From: Haliotis rufescens
Lineage: Eukaryota
Reading direction: 5' to 3'
Assembly (NCBI RefSeq): GCF_023055435.1
Contig: NW_025964223.1
Coordinates: forward strand, 5,022,001-5,086,000
DNA length: 64,000 nt
Below, piece by piece: positions 1 to 14,600 of the stretch (the first letter of the stretch is position 1; every line of letters begins with the position of its first letter). Under the pieces are notes generated by a model. The model was not told where the DNA came from and searched no databases. It saw only the letters and a list, made by a program, of their open reading frames with translations. The position numbers and the translations under genes are program-made.

Positions 1-459
1 AGACTACCGTCATAATGCCAAAATCAACAATTTTCCCTGTCCGTCGAGATCTCCAGATCTCAACCAAATCGAACATCTCTGGGATGAACTCGATCGACGT
101 GTACGTAAGCGTCAAAACACGCCACAGACACTCCCACAACTGGCCAACGCGTTACAAGCAGAATGGCGCAGAATTCCGCAGGACAGAATTCGTACACTTA
201 TCCAGTCAGTGCCGAGGAGATGCAGAGCCGTGATTGCTGCCCGGGGTGGTCACACGAGATACTGAGTTCAGCGCAACCTTGTTACCTTATGTGACATGAC
301 AATGAACAGTTTTCAATGCCTTTGTAGAGCGACAATATGTGACTATCGAGCTCCAAAAATGCATATTTGTATCTATGATATTAAATTAAATATATCGACT
401 TTATTAGGTTCAATAAATTTACTACAAATCTACGTGTGCGTTTCCTTTTTTGAAGAGTG
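1..459 (+). mobile_element. Tc1/mariner DNA transposon, 3' end (transposase C-terminus and right terminal inverted repeat)
   Basis: Frame 2 (2-265) reads ...PSRSPDLNQIEHLWDELDRRVRKR...LQAEWRRIPQDRIRTLIQSVPRRCRAVIAARGGHTRY*, with the SPDLNxIE and GGxTxY Tc1 motifs. AATAAA at ~412. The terminal-like sequence ends ...GAAGAGTG followed by TA at 460-461. Confidence 0.9.
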
Positions 460-939
460 TATATATCATTTCATGTCAATGAGAAAGTAATTCGTGTGTA
501 CAGTCTCTCTGCTTATACAGTGTTAGAAATGTACTGTTGGCCTGTGGCCTGTGGCCTGTATTGAGATAAAAAAAAGAAGATTGATTGATTGATTGCTGAT
601 ATCTATTGTTGACTTTGTGATATTGGTTTTCTCATCTTCCTTCACATTAAATATAAACTATAAGTGCGGTCATTCTATTGCTCTGTCGTATTCTGTTACC
701 AGCACAATACCTGGGAAATGAACGGCTGATACTGAATGTTGTCACTGTAAGGCGGAGCAGCCCTCTTTCAACACGACAGCTGATGTTGTCAAAAGCTAGA
801 ATGATTGATTTCTTCAAATGCTTGCGCTGATTAATGTGATCGTGGTGTCTGTACAATACAGTGCCATACTGCATACAGCAACAGCCTGTCAGCGCTTGAC
901 GTCAGTTCAGACCAATAGAGTTAATTCTGCTTTGTGTGT

Positions 940-990
940 CATGTGTGTGAGTGTGCCTGTAAGCGCGCGTGTGTGCCTGCGCGTGTACAT

Positions 991-1021
<31 letters not shown>

Positions 1022-1032
1022 GGGGGGGGGGT
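940..1032. repeat. (TG)n microsatellite and poly-G run
   Basis: Seen directly; it accounts for the spurious Pro/His/Gly-rich ORFs here. Confidence 0.9.
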
Positions 1033-2929
1033 GACATATGGATTGGTTTGTTGAGTGCCTCTGTGTGTACGTCAAAACTTGCAATTGAGAACATGACCAT
1101 AACGACACAGCAACAACAGCATTTCAAACGAAACACCTAACAAAATTCCTCAGTTGCAAAAATAGTATTGAAAGGTCTATTATGGTTCATCTTTAACAAT
1201 GTACAACTAAATGTAGTACTGGTCTACAGTGGCGGCACTCTTCTGCACAGTGTGGATATATAACATATTATTGAATTATACTCACGCAGTACCAATGTGT
1301 GGAATAAAACGCAGAAGTTACAACCGGACACTGTAACAGTGAACCATTGAGGAAGTTGGGTTTCATACTTTACTTGGGCGTGGAATCTCAACAAACGGTT
1401 GGCAATTCCAAATCCCGATTTCATGTAAAGCGATGCTATACAGCGTGTAGCTGTTCCTCAATAATTTAAATAAACGTGGAAATATATTTTAAACAACCAA
1501 CCAGATGAACAACTATAAATACAATTTGTGAAATTCAGCAGCGTCAACACAACATGGCATTTGGTACTACTCTGTGACGTCATATAGCTGTGTGACTTAA
1601 GAACTAACGTTGCATGGCTCGATTCATTGCCGTAGGATGTCCGTTTGAAGAATGCTGACGTAGTCTCTGTGTTTGATTGAATTAATATTCTATACAGTAT
1701 TGCTAGAAATATACAAACAGGGATCAAACCGATCATTGATCCTACCTCAAAAATAATACAGATCTCTTAACCTTTCGAAAATATTACTCTCGACCAATCA
1801 CATGGTCGCTGATTCCGTGTTATCTGTGTCACTGTCATGGCAGAATAGAACCAACTGTAATCAAATGAGATTCGACCTACGATCTGAATCCTGTAACCAT
1901 TTCTATCATGGAAACGAATCGCATCCACGATCGAAACGTCTAAATTGAAGACACTGTAGGATTATCGTCAATATGACTGTGTTTGTGGTTGTAGAATATA
2001 ATATGTTTCTGCTAGCAGAATTACTAACAGTTCATCATGATATTTCCATAAAATTAGTATGCAACCAATTTATGTTTCATTAAAATAAGCAATCTAGAAT
2101 AAATCAATTGTTCCGTTTTACAAGAAAGAAATGGCATAAGGGAGAGAATTTGATGTCAACTTGTTTACCTGATCAAGGAGTAAGTATATAGTCTGAAACG
2201 TTGTGTTCCTCATAATAAAGAACGTGACATCCATAAATTCTCTTCCTCGTGTGTATCACTTCATAATGCCTTTCAAAGACTTGAGAAATGACAACTGTTT
2301 TAACCTGAGTACTATCCTAAATACTCGCAAATATTTAAGCTTGCTACTAAAGAAGATAAAAAGTAAACAGCTTGTAAGTAAGGATAAGATATATGGATGA
2401 ACAACATCTACTTCTAAATGCCTCTCAATGAAATAGCTGGTAGTTAAAAGTACAACAAACAACACATGTTCCTATTTTCAATTTTTGCAGCTAAATTAGA
2501 ACACTCTTTATTCTTCTGCAGCAGCTTAAAGCAGGATTTATGCTCTGCTTGCCCTAATCATCTTGATTGGTTCATTGAAAATGTGTAATATGTGGCGAAA
2601 AATTGCTTTATATTGACACCATTCTGAACGTTCTGACGTTTTGGAACCCGTATGTGGATGTTCTCACAGAATATGAAATACATGGACAATGACATATTAT
2701 TTAAACCGTAACAATATCTCACGCGTAGTTTGTCATTGCGATACTATTTCCATGTCGTGATTCGTCCTTTTCAATTGTCTAGAAGTAACAAAAACAGAAC
2801 TATGAGCGGAACGAAGCCAATGCATCTTTATTCATCGCTATATCGCTGATGGTTACTGCAACAACTATGCATCATTATGTATAGTTAAAACATGTCATAC
2901 ATAGTTAAAATTATATATTTTTTTATTTC

Positions 2930-3856
2930 GAAGTTTACACGACATAAGGCTATTCCATTGGACGAGAGGTCGGTCACATGACCGCGAAATTGTCGTTCAC
3001 AAATGTGTGAACGACACAATTTGACGTTCATACGTTTTTTACGAGACCGTGTTCTTGAAATGACGTAAACACTGACGGACTACTTCCACATTCCCGGGGA
3101 AACCCCTGGGAATTCCCTAGCACAAATACACACATAAGCGTTCTTTCTGATCATTTAGACCCTTTAATCTTGAACTCAGCGTTTCGGTATACATTGAGAA
3201 ATGTCAGAGAACATGACTGTTTATTGTTCACGAATATCCTCGCTACGACCAATCCTAATGAATAAAACGAAGAAATGCACTTCCAAACTATCGTAGAATC
3301 GAGTCAAGGCTGACATTGACGGTCTACAGCAATCTAAGATTTTACCTTAGTCTCTACTTGACACATCTTTAATCACCTTCCAATGATCGACCAGTTGATC
3401 AATGATGACTAAAACATGTAACTGCCACAGGCTCATTTACAACTTCCGAAATCTCTGCCGTCACGTTTATGGCGTAGGCCTTGTCTTGTACTTGATGTAA
3501 ATGTATTACGACGCGCTGTCATTGTGACTAACTTACTGAGGAAGCTCTTAACAGACCTTTCTCATCTAATAGGGATATTATTTGAGTACATTAGTTTACA
3601 GAAACTACAAAAGTTGTCCCTGTTGAGCATATACATACGCTCATGTCACTTCTCGTTTTGAAGAAACTATTTTATTCCGCTATACAGCTGTCAGTGTAAA
3701 CATGAAGTCACACGTACTAAATATAATATTGTCTATAGATCAAGGTCTACGTCCCTTGAGGTAAAAATAGTGATATAGAAATTAGCTCCGACGTTCATAC
3801 AGTTTGGCCCTCAGTCTATGATCGAGGGTTCATACTTCAATGAACTCACACAAAGT
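2930..3856. mobile_element. Non-coding interspersed repeat, homologous to 21140-22041
   Basis: Collinear similarity with the copy in A1 intron 2 (e.g. GGTCACATG.CCGCG, TGACGTAAACACTGACGG, GTCAGTGTAAACATGAAGTCACACGTACT). Family not identified. Confidence 0.7.
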
Positions 3857-5631
3857 AAAAGTCAGTTCTTACATATATTGTTAAGATATAATTATGAGTT
3901 GATATATTAAACCACAATGCATTAACAAACTATGCGTAGTTGGCCAGTACGAGTTTATCTTCGTGTTGTATTCGAATTTTCGGCCGTACGCCAAACATCA
4001 TAAGTATACCGAGGCTTATTTTGAAACAAGACATTGATTGGTTACATAAATATTTACTTTGAGCAGAATATTGCTTGAATTTTGTTGCCCCGAATCCAAA
4101 ATCAAGGAGGCCTTTGGTGGCGTTTTATTCAAATGATAGAGCACGCTGAAGGGTTAGCTTTCTGCGCAAAGGCGATTTAATGCTGAATTTGACAAACATA
4201 GAACTCAATGTAAGTTTCATGACGATATGGGTAGCAGTTTTGATAACAGAGTGTATGTTTACAGGTTGAAGTGGAGTAGAGTCGAATCTGGTGTAAAGAA
4301 AATATTTTAAGTTAATACTGTACAGTGTCCACCTTCCTAAGAAATGTTGACAGGGCTTTTCTACCTGTGCACACAACTGTTGAATGGACTTCTCAGCCTG
4401 TGTCTATTGGTCACGTGTCAGCTCAACAGTATAGTACACATGCCCTCTTACCTGTATATTATTCAAGCCCAATTCATCTTCAAACTATCAACACTGCCAT
4501 CTCATCGATTGTTGAGGTCGTATAATCATACTCAGTAATATCTCATGATTATATTTGAAAGCTGATTTCTTTTAGTAAAAGAAACGTTCATCAATCTCTG
4601 GTTTTTACGACATATCATTGATCTTGGAACATATGGATTTTTAACGAAGAAGATGGGCTTCATTGTAGTTGAATGATAGGATTAAACGTGTATTATATTT
4701 CCAATCTGCCCCTGATGAGAAGCCGGCCTTTTGATGCTGATGGGTTTCTACCCGCCAATACTCTGCCCTCCAGTGGGAACTACTAACCGTCACCATATTT
4801 CCGGTAACGTAAAGAGCGATCCATCAATTAGGCAGCCACCGGCAACTTAGGAGGGCCTTGCATGGGGAATAACAGTTCATAATCTCGGGAGGGACAATTA
4901 TGCATTGTTACTACGCTTGGTCGTGGCATAATATGAAATTGTCAGTGCCCTGAACATGTATACCATCGTCGGCGTCGTGACAGTAGCGACTTCAAGCACC
5001 ACCTCAGCACGTGTACGTCTTTGTGGGTGATCAGGTCTACATCAATCAAGTCGCGCTGGTTGATGGCAAGCAATAAGTCGTTAACTTCAATAAAGGAAAT
5101 TTGAACGCGGCGACCTTTATTTATATACCTGTTCCGGGTGATTGGTATTATTTTCCAGGCCCTAATCGAGTGTTTACAGAATTTCAACACGCAAGCGAAC
5201 AGGTAATAATTCTATTTTCACAAGCCCTAATAACGGATTTTGTAATAACATTTGATCAAGAGATATTTAGCAGTGGCCATGTAACTATGTGCGTTTCTCA
5301 GTTTTAACCTCTTAGTGTTGACTGGTCATACTGTATCTACTCCAAGTCTTACAACAAGACTGTGAAATTCATGGCCACCCACGCAACCCTCCCTGCACGG
5401 GTATTTCATTTGAAGACGCTAAGACACGAACAAGGACAATACACTGCTCTATGGGCGTTTAGAGTACACGTTCAATAATTCAAGTGAAAGATTTTTCAGG
5501 GGTGAGGACTACCGTTACATACTAGGTTTCAAGTTCATATTTTTTAAAATCTACATCTGGAGAATGTCACCAAGACTCATATAACTAGGTCAAGGCGTGA
5601 CGGCGGCCCGGTGAATGTCGTCATCTACATC

Positions 5632-8600
5632 ATGGAACACGACGTGAACATCCTGTTGGTGGTCAGTACATTGTCTGGTAAGTCGTCATGCGGTGTTCCC
5701 AACCGTCTATGAATTTATCTACAATTACCTGTACATCACGCGTCCTTCTATTGATTATCCATCTATCTTCGTCCTTTCTTCCTTCCGTTTGTCAGTCCAT
5801 CTTCCATCCATTCATCGTCAATCGATCCATCAATTCAATCATGTATCACAATAGCCGTTGATTCATTCATCAAGTTTCCCGTCCGTCTTCCCTTCAACAA
5901 CCCTTCCATTCATTCATCCATATTTCCGTCCATCAATTACGCCTGTTCCATGCACGCAATGTCCGTGTATAATTACACATGCATACATTTCCATGTCCAT
6001 CTATTCCCTCCAGAGGTCCGTGTTGATATACAGCGGTATGCGGTTTTGATATACATATTTGTGTGATGCTGAGATATAATATTATTATTTGATATAAAGA
6101 AGTAGTAGTTGTAGAATTATACACATGTACATGCGCAGAGGTATCTATTGTTAGTATATATGGGTTATATAGATATTTCTACACGAGTGCTTTCCAGATG
6201 TCATGTAACTGACAACGAGCTATTTCAAAAAGTATCTAACGAGCGAACGCGAGTTAGTTACGTGTTGAAACAACGAGTTGTAATATTAAATGATATCTGA
6301 CAGACACGAGTGCAGTAATCTGATCCTAACGCACCCTAAACTCGCACCATTTTAGCATCGAATCGATGCATATGTTGTCAATTATCATGATCACTGTGAT
6401 GCATTAATGCATAACGCAACGGTCTTTGTGACGTCATCCGGCCTCGTACTGCTCATACCTTGTGTGACCCTCTACAATAACAGCTTCCGCTATATCTGTA
6501 GGTTATCAAGGTGATGATAATGCAAACTAGACAAGACCAAAGAGCATTTATTGACTCTCTAAAACCAACGACCGTTGACACTGACGTATCAGTACTAGGT
6601 AAGGATAAGATACTACATCGCTTGCTTGATAACGGTTAGAACCTACACCGAAACGTCGCTCTTAGTTGTAAGAAAGAAGATATACATGGGTATATGTTGC
6701 TGCTTTCAGTATTTCAGATGTCCGACTTGGCCTCAGTTGACATCCGGGTCCAGGCGCCTACCGTCGCCAACAGCACATACACCACCCTCCAGTGTGTCAT
6801 TAGTCTCCAACCTGGTGAACGACTTGAGGGAATTCTCTTCACCAGGAAAACATCAAAGTGGGAATTCTTTCTACAAATCGGAGCATTTTCTCCATCTTTC
6901 AATTCTATCGTGACAGACTTCGAGTTGAAGGACTTTGTTTCACTGATGTACCAGAATGGCGCGGCTTACCTGAAGATTAAAAACTTCGACCAATCTTTCG
7001 AGGGCTTATACAACTGCTCGTTGTCGTATTGGAGAGGAGATAACGTTTCCGTGCGGACTGACGACGTCATTTATGTGTCTGCTACAGGTAGGTTTTACAA
7101 ACATCCAGAACGTACACCCCAATAGATCAGTTCATTCAGTACACACGGACATAATACACCCCTTCCGTACACCCATCAGTACATCCCTTTAGAACCCACC
7201 GCCAGTACATGCACACATAACCTGTTCATACCAATACCGCAAGTGATCCCGTGAGTCGCCCCACCAGTACACCTATCAGTACATCCCTTGAGAACCCATC
7301 GCCAGTACATGCACACATGACCTGTTCATACCAATACCGCAAGTGATCCCGTCACTCGCCCCACCAATGCTCATGATGTCAATCACTGGATTTTCTGGTC
7401 CAGACACGATTATTTACATATAGCTGATTGCGGCGTTAAACAACAAACAAAGAAAACCTAGCATAGGTAGCATTCCACCCGTATATCGATTAAGATTTTG
7501 TTGTATCAGAGAGATCAAAGGCGATGTCTCATTGCTCCATAAAAGGTAATACCGTGAGCTGTTGTGTGAATAAAGCCTAGAAGTCAAACGTTTGCAAGCA
7601 CCATAAAGGGTTCGGATTCAATGGTTCGATTACTCGAGCAATATTGCGTTATTATTGCTAAACCGACGCAACCCTCATAAATATGTGATCCTGCTATGAC
7701 GTGTCATTGAAATTGTATTCATATTTGCTTCACCGATAACTCCTTAACTCTCACTCCTACTGCCACACACTCAAACATTCACCCCATCACTCTATCTGCC
7801 CCAGGGGGCACGGGTGGCCCAGTCGTCTAAGGCGCCGCGATTCGCTGTGCAGAGTTGCGTCCCTTGGGCACGCCAGAAACCTATGATTGTGGGTTCGAAT
7901 CCCGGTTCGCCCTGATTATGTTTCTAGGTTTGTCAGCACCATACCCGTGCTCGTGGGTTTCACCGAAGTGGTAAACGTCTGCATCACTTCGGGCTTTCCT
8001 CCCACATTAAGCTGACACGCCGCGATATAACTGTAATACTGTTAAAAGCGGCGTTAAACCAAACTCACACACTCACTCACTCACTCACTATCTGCCCCAT
8101 CATCTATTCTTTCACTTACTCAATCACCCACTCTTTCTCTCACTCATTCATTCACCTCATCCCTTACTTGCTGAGTCGATAACTCACTCACTCCCCGCTT
8201 TTTCTTTCACCCAATTATGTTTTGTGTACTTATAGAATTTTTTTTGTTTTCATTCAACAGATCCATATCCTGTGTCATCAACGTCACCCACGGCATCGAT
8301 GTCTCACAGTACAACATCTACGTCAGTGGAGCGATCATCAACTATTACCTTAAGTTCATCAACAACATCAGCATCAGCATCGTTATTATCGTTACAAACA
8401 CAAACGTCTACGCGAAGATCATCGGAAGGGACAACAATGCCGTTGCCAACTTCAGGTTCCACGTCGTTAGCTTCCAGAACAACACAAACCACGGTGCAGA
8501 CATCACCAACAACACAATGGAGCTCCGGTGGCGTGGACGACACATCACAAATTACATCTACCGGAACAACATTCACAGCGACGGCGGTAAAAACGGATGT

Positions 8601-11600
8601 ACGCACACCAACATCATCACAGAGGGTTTCGCCAAGTACAGTTGTACCATTTACAGCAACGTTATCTACACGTGCATCAGCGATGACTTTAGAAACAACA
8701 GCAGAAACCTCAACAGATACAATCATCACAGTAACATCACTGGGGTCAATAGCTGCGTCATCGGGAACGTCTCTAGTACCTATGGAGATCTCATCATTAC
8801 AGACACCGACGGGCACTTCATCATCTCAAGAACAAGTCGACATCTCAACATTACAAGTTCCAGGGGACATCTCAACATCACAAGTGGTAGGGGACATCTC
8901 AACATCACAAGTGATAGGAGACATCTCAACATTACAAGTTCCAGGGGACATCTCAACATCACAAGTGGTAGGGGACATCTCAACATCACAAGTGATAGGA
9001 GACATCTCAACATTACAAGTTCCAGGGGACATCTCAACATCACAAATGGTAGGGGACATCTCAACATCACAAGTGGTAGGAGACATCTCAACATTACAAG
9101 TTCCAGGGGACATCTCAACATCACAAGTGGTAGGGGACATCTCAACATCACAAGTGATAGGAGACATCTCAACATCACAAGTGGTAGGAGACATCTCAAC
9201 ATCACAAGTGGTAGGAGACATCTCAACATCACAAGTGATAGGAGACATCTCAACATCAAAAGTGGTAGGAGACATCTCAACATCACAAGTGATAGGAGAC
9301 ATCTCAACATTACAAGTTCCAGGGGACATCTCAACATCACAAGTGGTAGGGGACATCTCAACATCACAAGTGATAGGAGACATCTCAAAATCACAAGTGA
9401 TAGGAGACATCTCAACATCACAAGTATTAGGGGACATGTCAACATCACAAGTGTTAGGGGACATCTCAACATCACAAGTATTAGGGGACATGTCAACATC
9501 ACAAGTGTTAGGGGACATCTCAACATCACAAGTGTTAGGGGACATCTCAACATCACAAGTGTTAGGGGACATCTCAACATCACAAGTATTAGGGGACATG
9601 TCAACATCACAAGTGTTAGGGGACATGTCAACATCACAAGTGTTAGGGGACATCTCAACATCACAAGTGTTAGGGGACATCTCAACATCACAAGTGATAG
9701 GAGACATCTCAACATCACAAGTGATAGGAGACATCTCAACATCACAAGTGTTAGGGGACATGTCAACATCACAAGTGATAGGAGACATCTCAACATCACA
9801 AGTGTTAGGGGACATGTCAACATCACAAGTGTTAGGGGACATGTCAACATCACAAGTACCAGTGGGCATCTCAACATCACAAGTGTTAGGGGACATCTCA
9901 ACATCACAAGTGTTAGGGGACATGTCAACATCACAAGTGTTAGGGGACATGTCAACATCACAAGTGTTAGGGGACATCTCAACATCACAAGTGTTAGGGG
10001 ACATGTCAACATCACAAATACCAGTGGGCATCTCAACATCACAAACACCAGTGGACATCTCAACATCACAAGTGTTAGGGGACATCTCAACATCACAAGT
10101 ACCAGTGGACATCTCAACATCACAAGTACCAGTGGACATCTCAACATCACAAGTGTTAGCGGACATCTCAACATCACAAGTCTTAGGGGGCATCTCAACA
10201 TCTCAAGTACCGGGGGACATCACAACATCACAAGTATTCGTGGACATTTCAACATCACAAGTACTCGCGGACGTCTCAACATCACAAGTATTACTGGACA
10301 TCTCAACATCACAAGTACCGACGGACATCTCAACATCACAAGTGTTAGCGGACATCTCAACATCACAAGTCTTAGGGGGCATCTCAACATCACAAGTGTT
10401 AGGGGAAATGTCAACATCACAAGTACCAGTGGACATCTCAACATCACAAGTACCGATGGACATCTCAACATCAAAAGTATTAGCGGATATCTCAACATCA
10501 CGAATACCGACGGAGATGTCAACTTTACAAGTACTAGTGAACATCTCAACATCACAAGTGTTAGCGAACATCTCAACATCACAAGTACCGGTGGACATCA
10601 CAACCTCACAAGTACCGGTGGACATTTTACTATCACAAGTAATGACGACCTCCAAAACTGATAAAAGCGTTGTATCGGCAGTTGAAATATCAACATCATC
10701 TTCTGATTCACCAACTTTTGATGTGACAGCGCCTTCTACATCATCAGTTAGATATGTAATTTCTCATTCTTCTACATCAGCTACTGCTTTGGCATCAGCT
10801 TTTACATCATTAACACCCTCTGTATCCAATACAGATTCTACACCTTCCACATCCTCATCCATAAAAGTGACATTACTCTATTCATCATCAAATATGGATG
10901 TGGCCAGAGCTTCTACATCATCAACACCAGATGGGAAAGTGTCTTCTATATCCACTTCAGTTGTGACAGCGGCTTCTACGCCATCAACAATATACGTGAC
11001 GTCACCTTCTTCATCATCAATTTCAGATGTGACATCGTCTTCTATATCACGTTCACGTATTGCATCGCCAACCACATTGCCAACAAAATATGTGAAATGC
11101 CCTTCTACGTCCCCGGAAGATGTAACGTCGTCTCCAACATCATCAACTGAAGAAATGATGCCATATTCTATATCACCAAATACAGCTGTGACGTCACCTT
11201 CACCATCATCTACATATGTGACATCACCTTCCACATCAACTGCGGATGTGACATCGCCTTCAAACTCATCGACTACGGATATTATTTCGCCTTCTATGTC
11301 AGCAACAACAGATAAGACATCATATTTTACAATATCGACTATGGATGTGACACCGCCTTCATCAACAACTCCAAAATTGACATCACCCTCAACATCAATA
11401 AGCTCTTTTGCGACACCAGGTGTGTCCCCGACGTCTTCAACGTTCTATTCTACTTCTGAATCGACAAGTACAGGAACAAGTCCATCAACTAATGTAACAC
11501 TTATATCAACCGCCACCACTTCTCCTGTGACATTGGCGACCATACGTTTCACGTCATCAACGTCACCGAGGACGACGTCACCTACACCAACAGCAAACAG

Positions 11601-14600
11601 CCAATCAGTCACGCCTCAAGTTCATGCCTCAGCTACAGGTAGGATGTAGCCACTGTAGGCATATCAACAATCCCTAGAGTGATGTGAATAGTTTTCATAG
11701 TCACAATCATAGTTAGTAAAGTGATTGGTACAAATTAGATATTTATTGATAGCTATTGCGGTGATGTGACACATATAGTTATTTTGGTACTTGGGATATT
11801 CAAAAATATCCACCGTGTAGCTCTTGTTAATGTCAATATTGAAAACAACTATTTTAGTGACACATCATTATTCACTTTTTTTTGTTGGAAAGTGTTTTTT
11901 TCTTGGTTCCGTGAACTTAACGGAGGGTTACATCTTCAGAAATGTTTCAAAAATGTCAATTTATCAATATTTTAGTGCCTGTGATGAAGTGGGTGCTGGT
12001 CGCTGTTGGTTGCGTGATTGGTATCGGCATCGTCGTCGTAGGAGTGGTCATCTGGTACAGAAAAACACGTACGTATCACAGCATGATAAATAGCGTAACC
12101 TATATCAGAGCATATGTGTAAACTACAACCGCGACAGACGTCCCTCCATATAAGTTTTTGACCACCTAAGTTACAACATATATCAACAGTATTGATGTAT
12201 TTGTCTCATCAACAGGAGGCCACCCATTAATACTCCGTTGGCGGTATGAGTTTTACCCAAACGGAGACCTGAGGCCTTCGTCTTCAGAGATACAGGTATG
12301 CTATCGGCCCCTTTGTGCACATAAACTTTATTACATTATGCACCTCCGATGCACATATTGAAAAAGCACAACAACAAAAATTACGAAATACAGTTAAATT
12401 CGTTGGTATAAATGGCATTGAGTTCTCAGAAGCCAACTCTTGCTGTGCAGAGTTGCATGCCTTAGTCGTTGCTAAGATGCGCATGCCAGAGTCAGTCATT
12501 ACTGATCATTGGTCTATCAACCTTGTGGGTCTTGCAATAGTGTCAGAGAGCTCGATCCGCATTCCTTTAGCCAAATAGTGAGATGATATAACTGTAAAGC
12601 TGTTCACGAAGTCGTTAAGCCAAACTCAATGACACCGTATTAATGTTAAACTATCCACGATTGATCGCGGATACTAGGGAGGACGACCGGTCCGCATTAT
12701 CCTATGTTTATCAGCTGACCAATGAAGATCGGTTGGTACGGTTCGGTTACTTTGTTCCCTTTGTCGCATCGACGCATGCTGCCACTGGTTTGACTGACCC
12801 ACATTATATTAATGACAGGCCGCCGGGCAAAAGAAAATTGTATTTGACCAAGCAATTACAAAGGTTATGAAAATGTTACGAGGCTAAAAACATTCGCTGA
12901 AAAACTGAAAATGTAAGCTTCAAAACACAAATATATGATACCCATTTCGATCTTCCCAATATAATAAACATTTCTTTTTTTCTTTTAAGCTAACATCAAA
13001 CATGGGTGGGTACTTTCTTTTGCCCGGTAGTTTACTGAGAATATTGCTGACTTTGGTGCACATAATAACGCTTTGTTAGACCACCCACGACAAAAAATAT
13101 GGCTGTGATGTAATCCATGGGAGACTTGAGTTGTGGGAAATGGCCCTGGCCTATGCTGGAAGGACAGTATAGGTTCTTTCCTGGTAGTCGTATGCCAAAA
13201 CATGTACGATTTCTTGCTTTATCTACAAATGATCCTCATTGCCATCGTAAATATCTCATGTTCATAATAATAACAAAAATGATGATAACATTAATAATGT
13301 AAAATAAAATGTTGATTGATGTGGATGCTCTTGGTGACAGAATTTATTGTGCGCTTTGGCACACATCTATTTGTCTGTTGGTGTTCTTGCGAAGCATGTC
13401 AAGACGAAATGATGAAAACAAGGCTTTCCACAGTTTTCTTAAACGAGTCAGTGTTGTAGGACATGATCTCAATATTTATTTTGAGTTTTTTGATGGGTCT
13501 GTATTGCTGTACGGTACAGAAATGTGTGTCATCCAAGCGAAGTGCCATATTTAATTGCAGCAGGCTTGGTTTTTCATGGGAAGGCTCTCTGTACGACCAC
13601 TGCATTGAGTTAATGTGCAGTGTGTTCAGAAGTTCAGCACCCTGCAGTCCTTCGCTTAGATGTAAAACAGAAGGCTTTCTGTTTGCTGCTCAGGACCAGT
13701 CACTTCCCATTCGAAACTCTAAATGTGTGATTTTGCATCAAAATATGAAAATGAATACACATTATGCAATGAATTTAACGAGACTGTCCAACACATTGTC
13801 AGTGGATGCCCTGCTTTGGCACAAACACATTGTCTTATGCGACATGATTGCATGACTCGATCCTTTTATTACCGTCTTCGCTATGCTTGGGATTTTGAAA
13901 CAGAGGTCGATCCATGGTACGAGTCAGAATATATAGAACTATAAATTTCTTTAGAATAGGCCCGTATACAGCCTCAGACATATCCAGGCCAACAAACCTG
14001 ATCCTGTCCTTTTTGATAAATCCAATGAAATCTTCGATGTCATTGAATTGTCTGTCCCTTTTGACACTAACGTGATCGACAAGATTCAGGGAAAACGTGG
14101 CAAATGTGCTGACTTCGCTTTCGAACTGTCTCAGTTGCATCCCAAGTATCAAGTTGTCCGACTCATCATTGTTCTCGGTGCCTCAGGTTTGTTAATTCCC
14201 AATCTGTTGACTGACATAGGGAGAGTACCCGGGTTTGCTGCCAGGAATACAGCCCCTTTAACAATCTGGGTAATGCAGAAGGCTGCAGTGTTTGGGAGTC
14301 TTCACATTCTCCGAAAAGTCCTGGGTGGGTTCGACTGGGCAGGTTTTCCTGGGAGAAGTCCCATTCGCTGTCTAGGCTGCGTGTAGAGGGAGCACGGGCC
14401 CCGAGCTGATGATGAGCCTAACCAGACTGACTGTGCCAGGATCATCCAAACCCAGCTTTGCACCATTTTTATTGTAATATGTACATAATAATAATCATAA
14501 TCATAAGAGGATGTTAAAGATAACAGCAAAAATACTCATTGGCAATTTAATCTTCTTAGGTAAATATATGTTAAGTGTATTTCGCTAAAATGTACTTCTT

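Noticed and set aside
4860-5200. Possible DNA transposase remnant on the - strand
   Set aside because: The resemblance is vague, with no diagnostic motif or terminal repeats that I can support.
7804-7910. tRNA-like sequences (also 16070-16146, 20470-20546, 59170-59230)
   Set aside because: They have A/B boxes, but three are heads of SINEs with bodies, simple-repeat tails and TSDs, and 59170-59230 is a truncated head of the 20190-20546 family; none is a tRNA gene.
8780-10655. Long - strand ORFs (VMLRCPL.. and TCDVEMSP.. repeats)
   Set aside because: They are antisense shadows of the stop-poor 27-bp coding repeat, with no independent gene signals.
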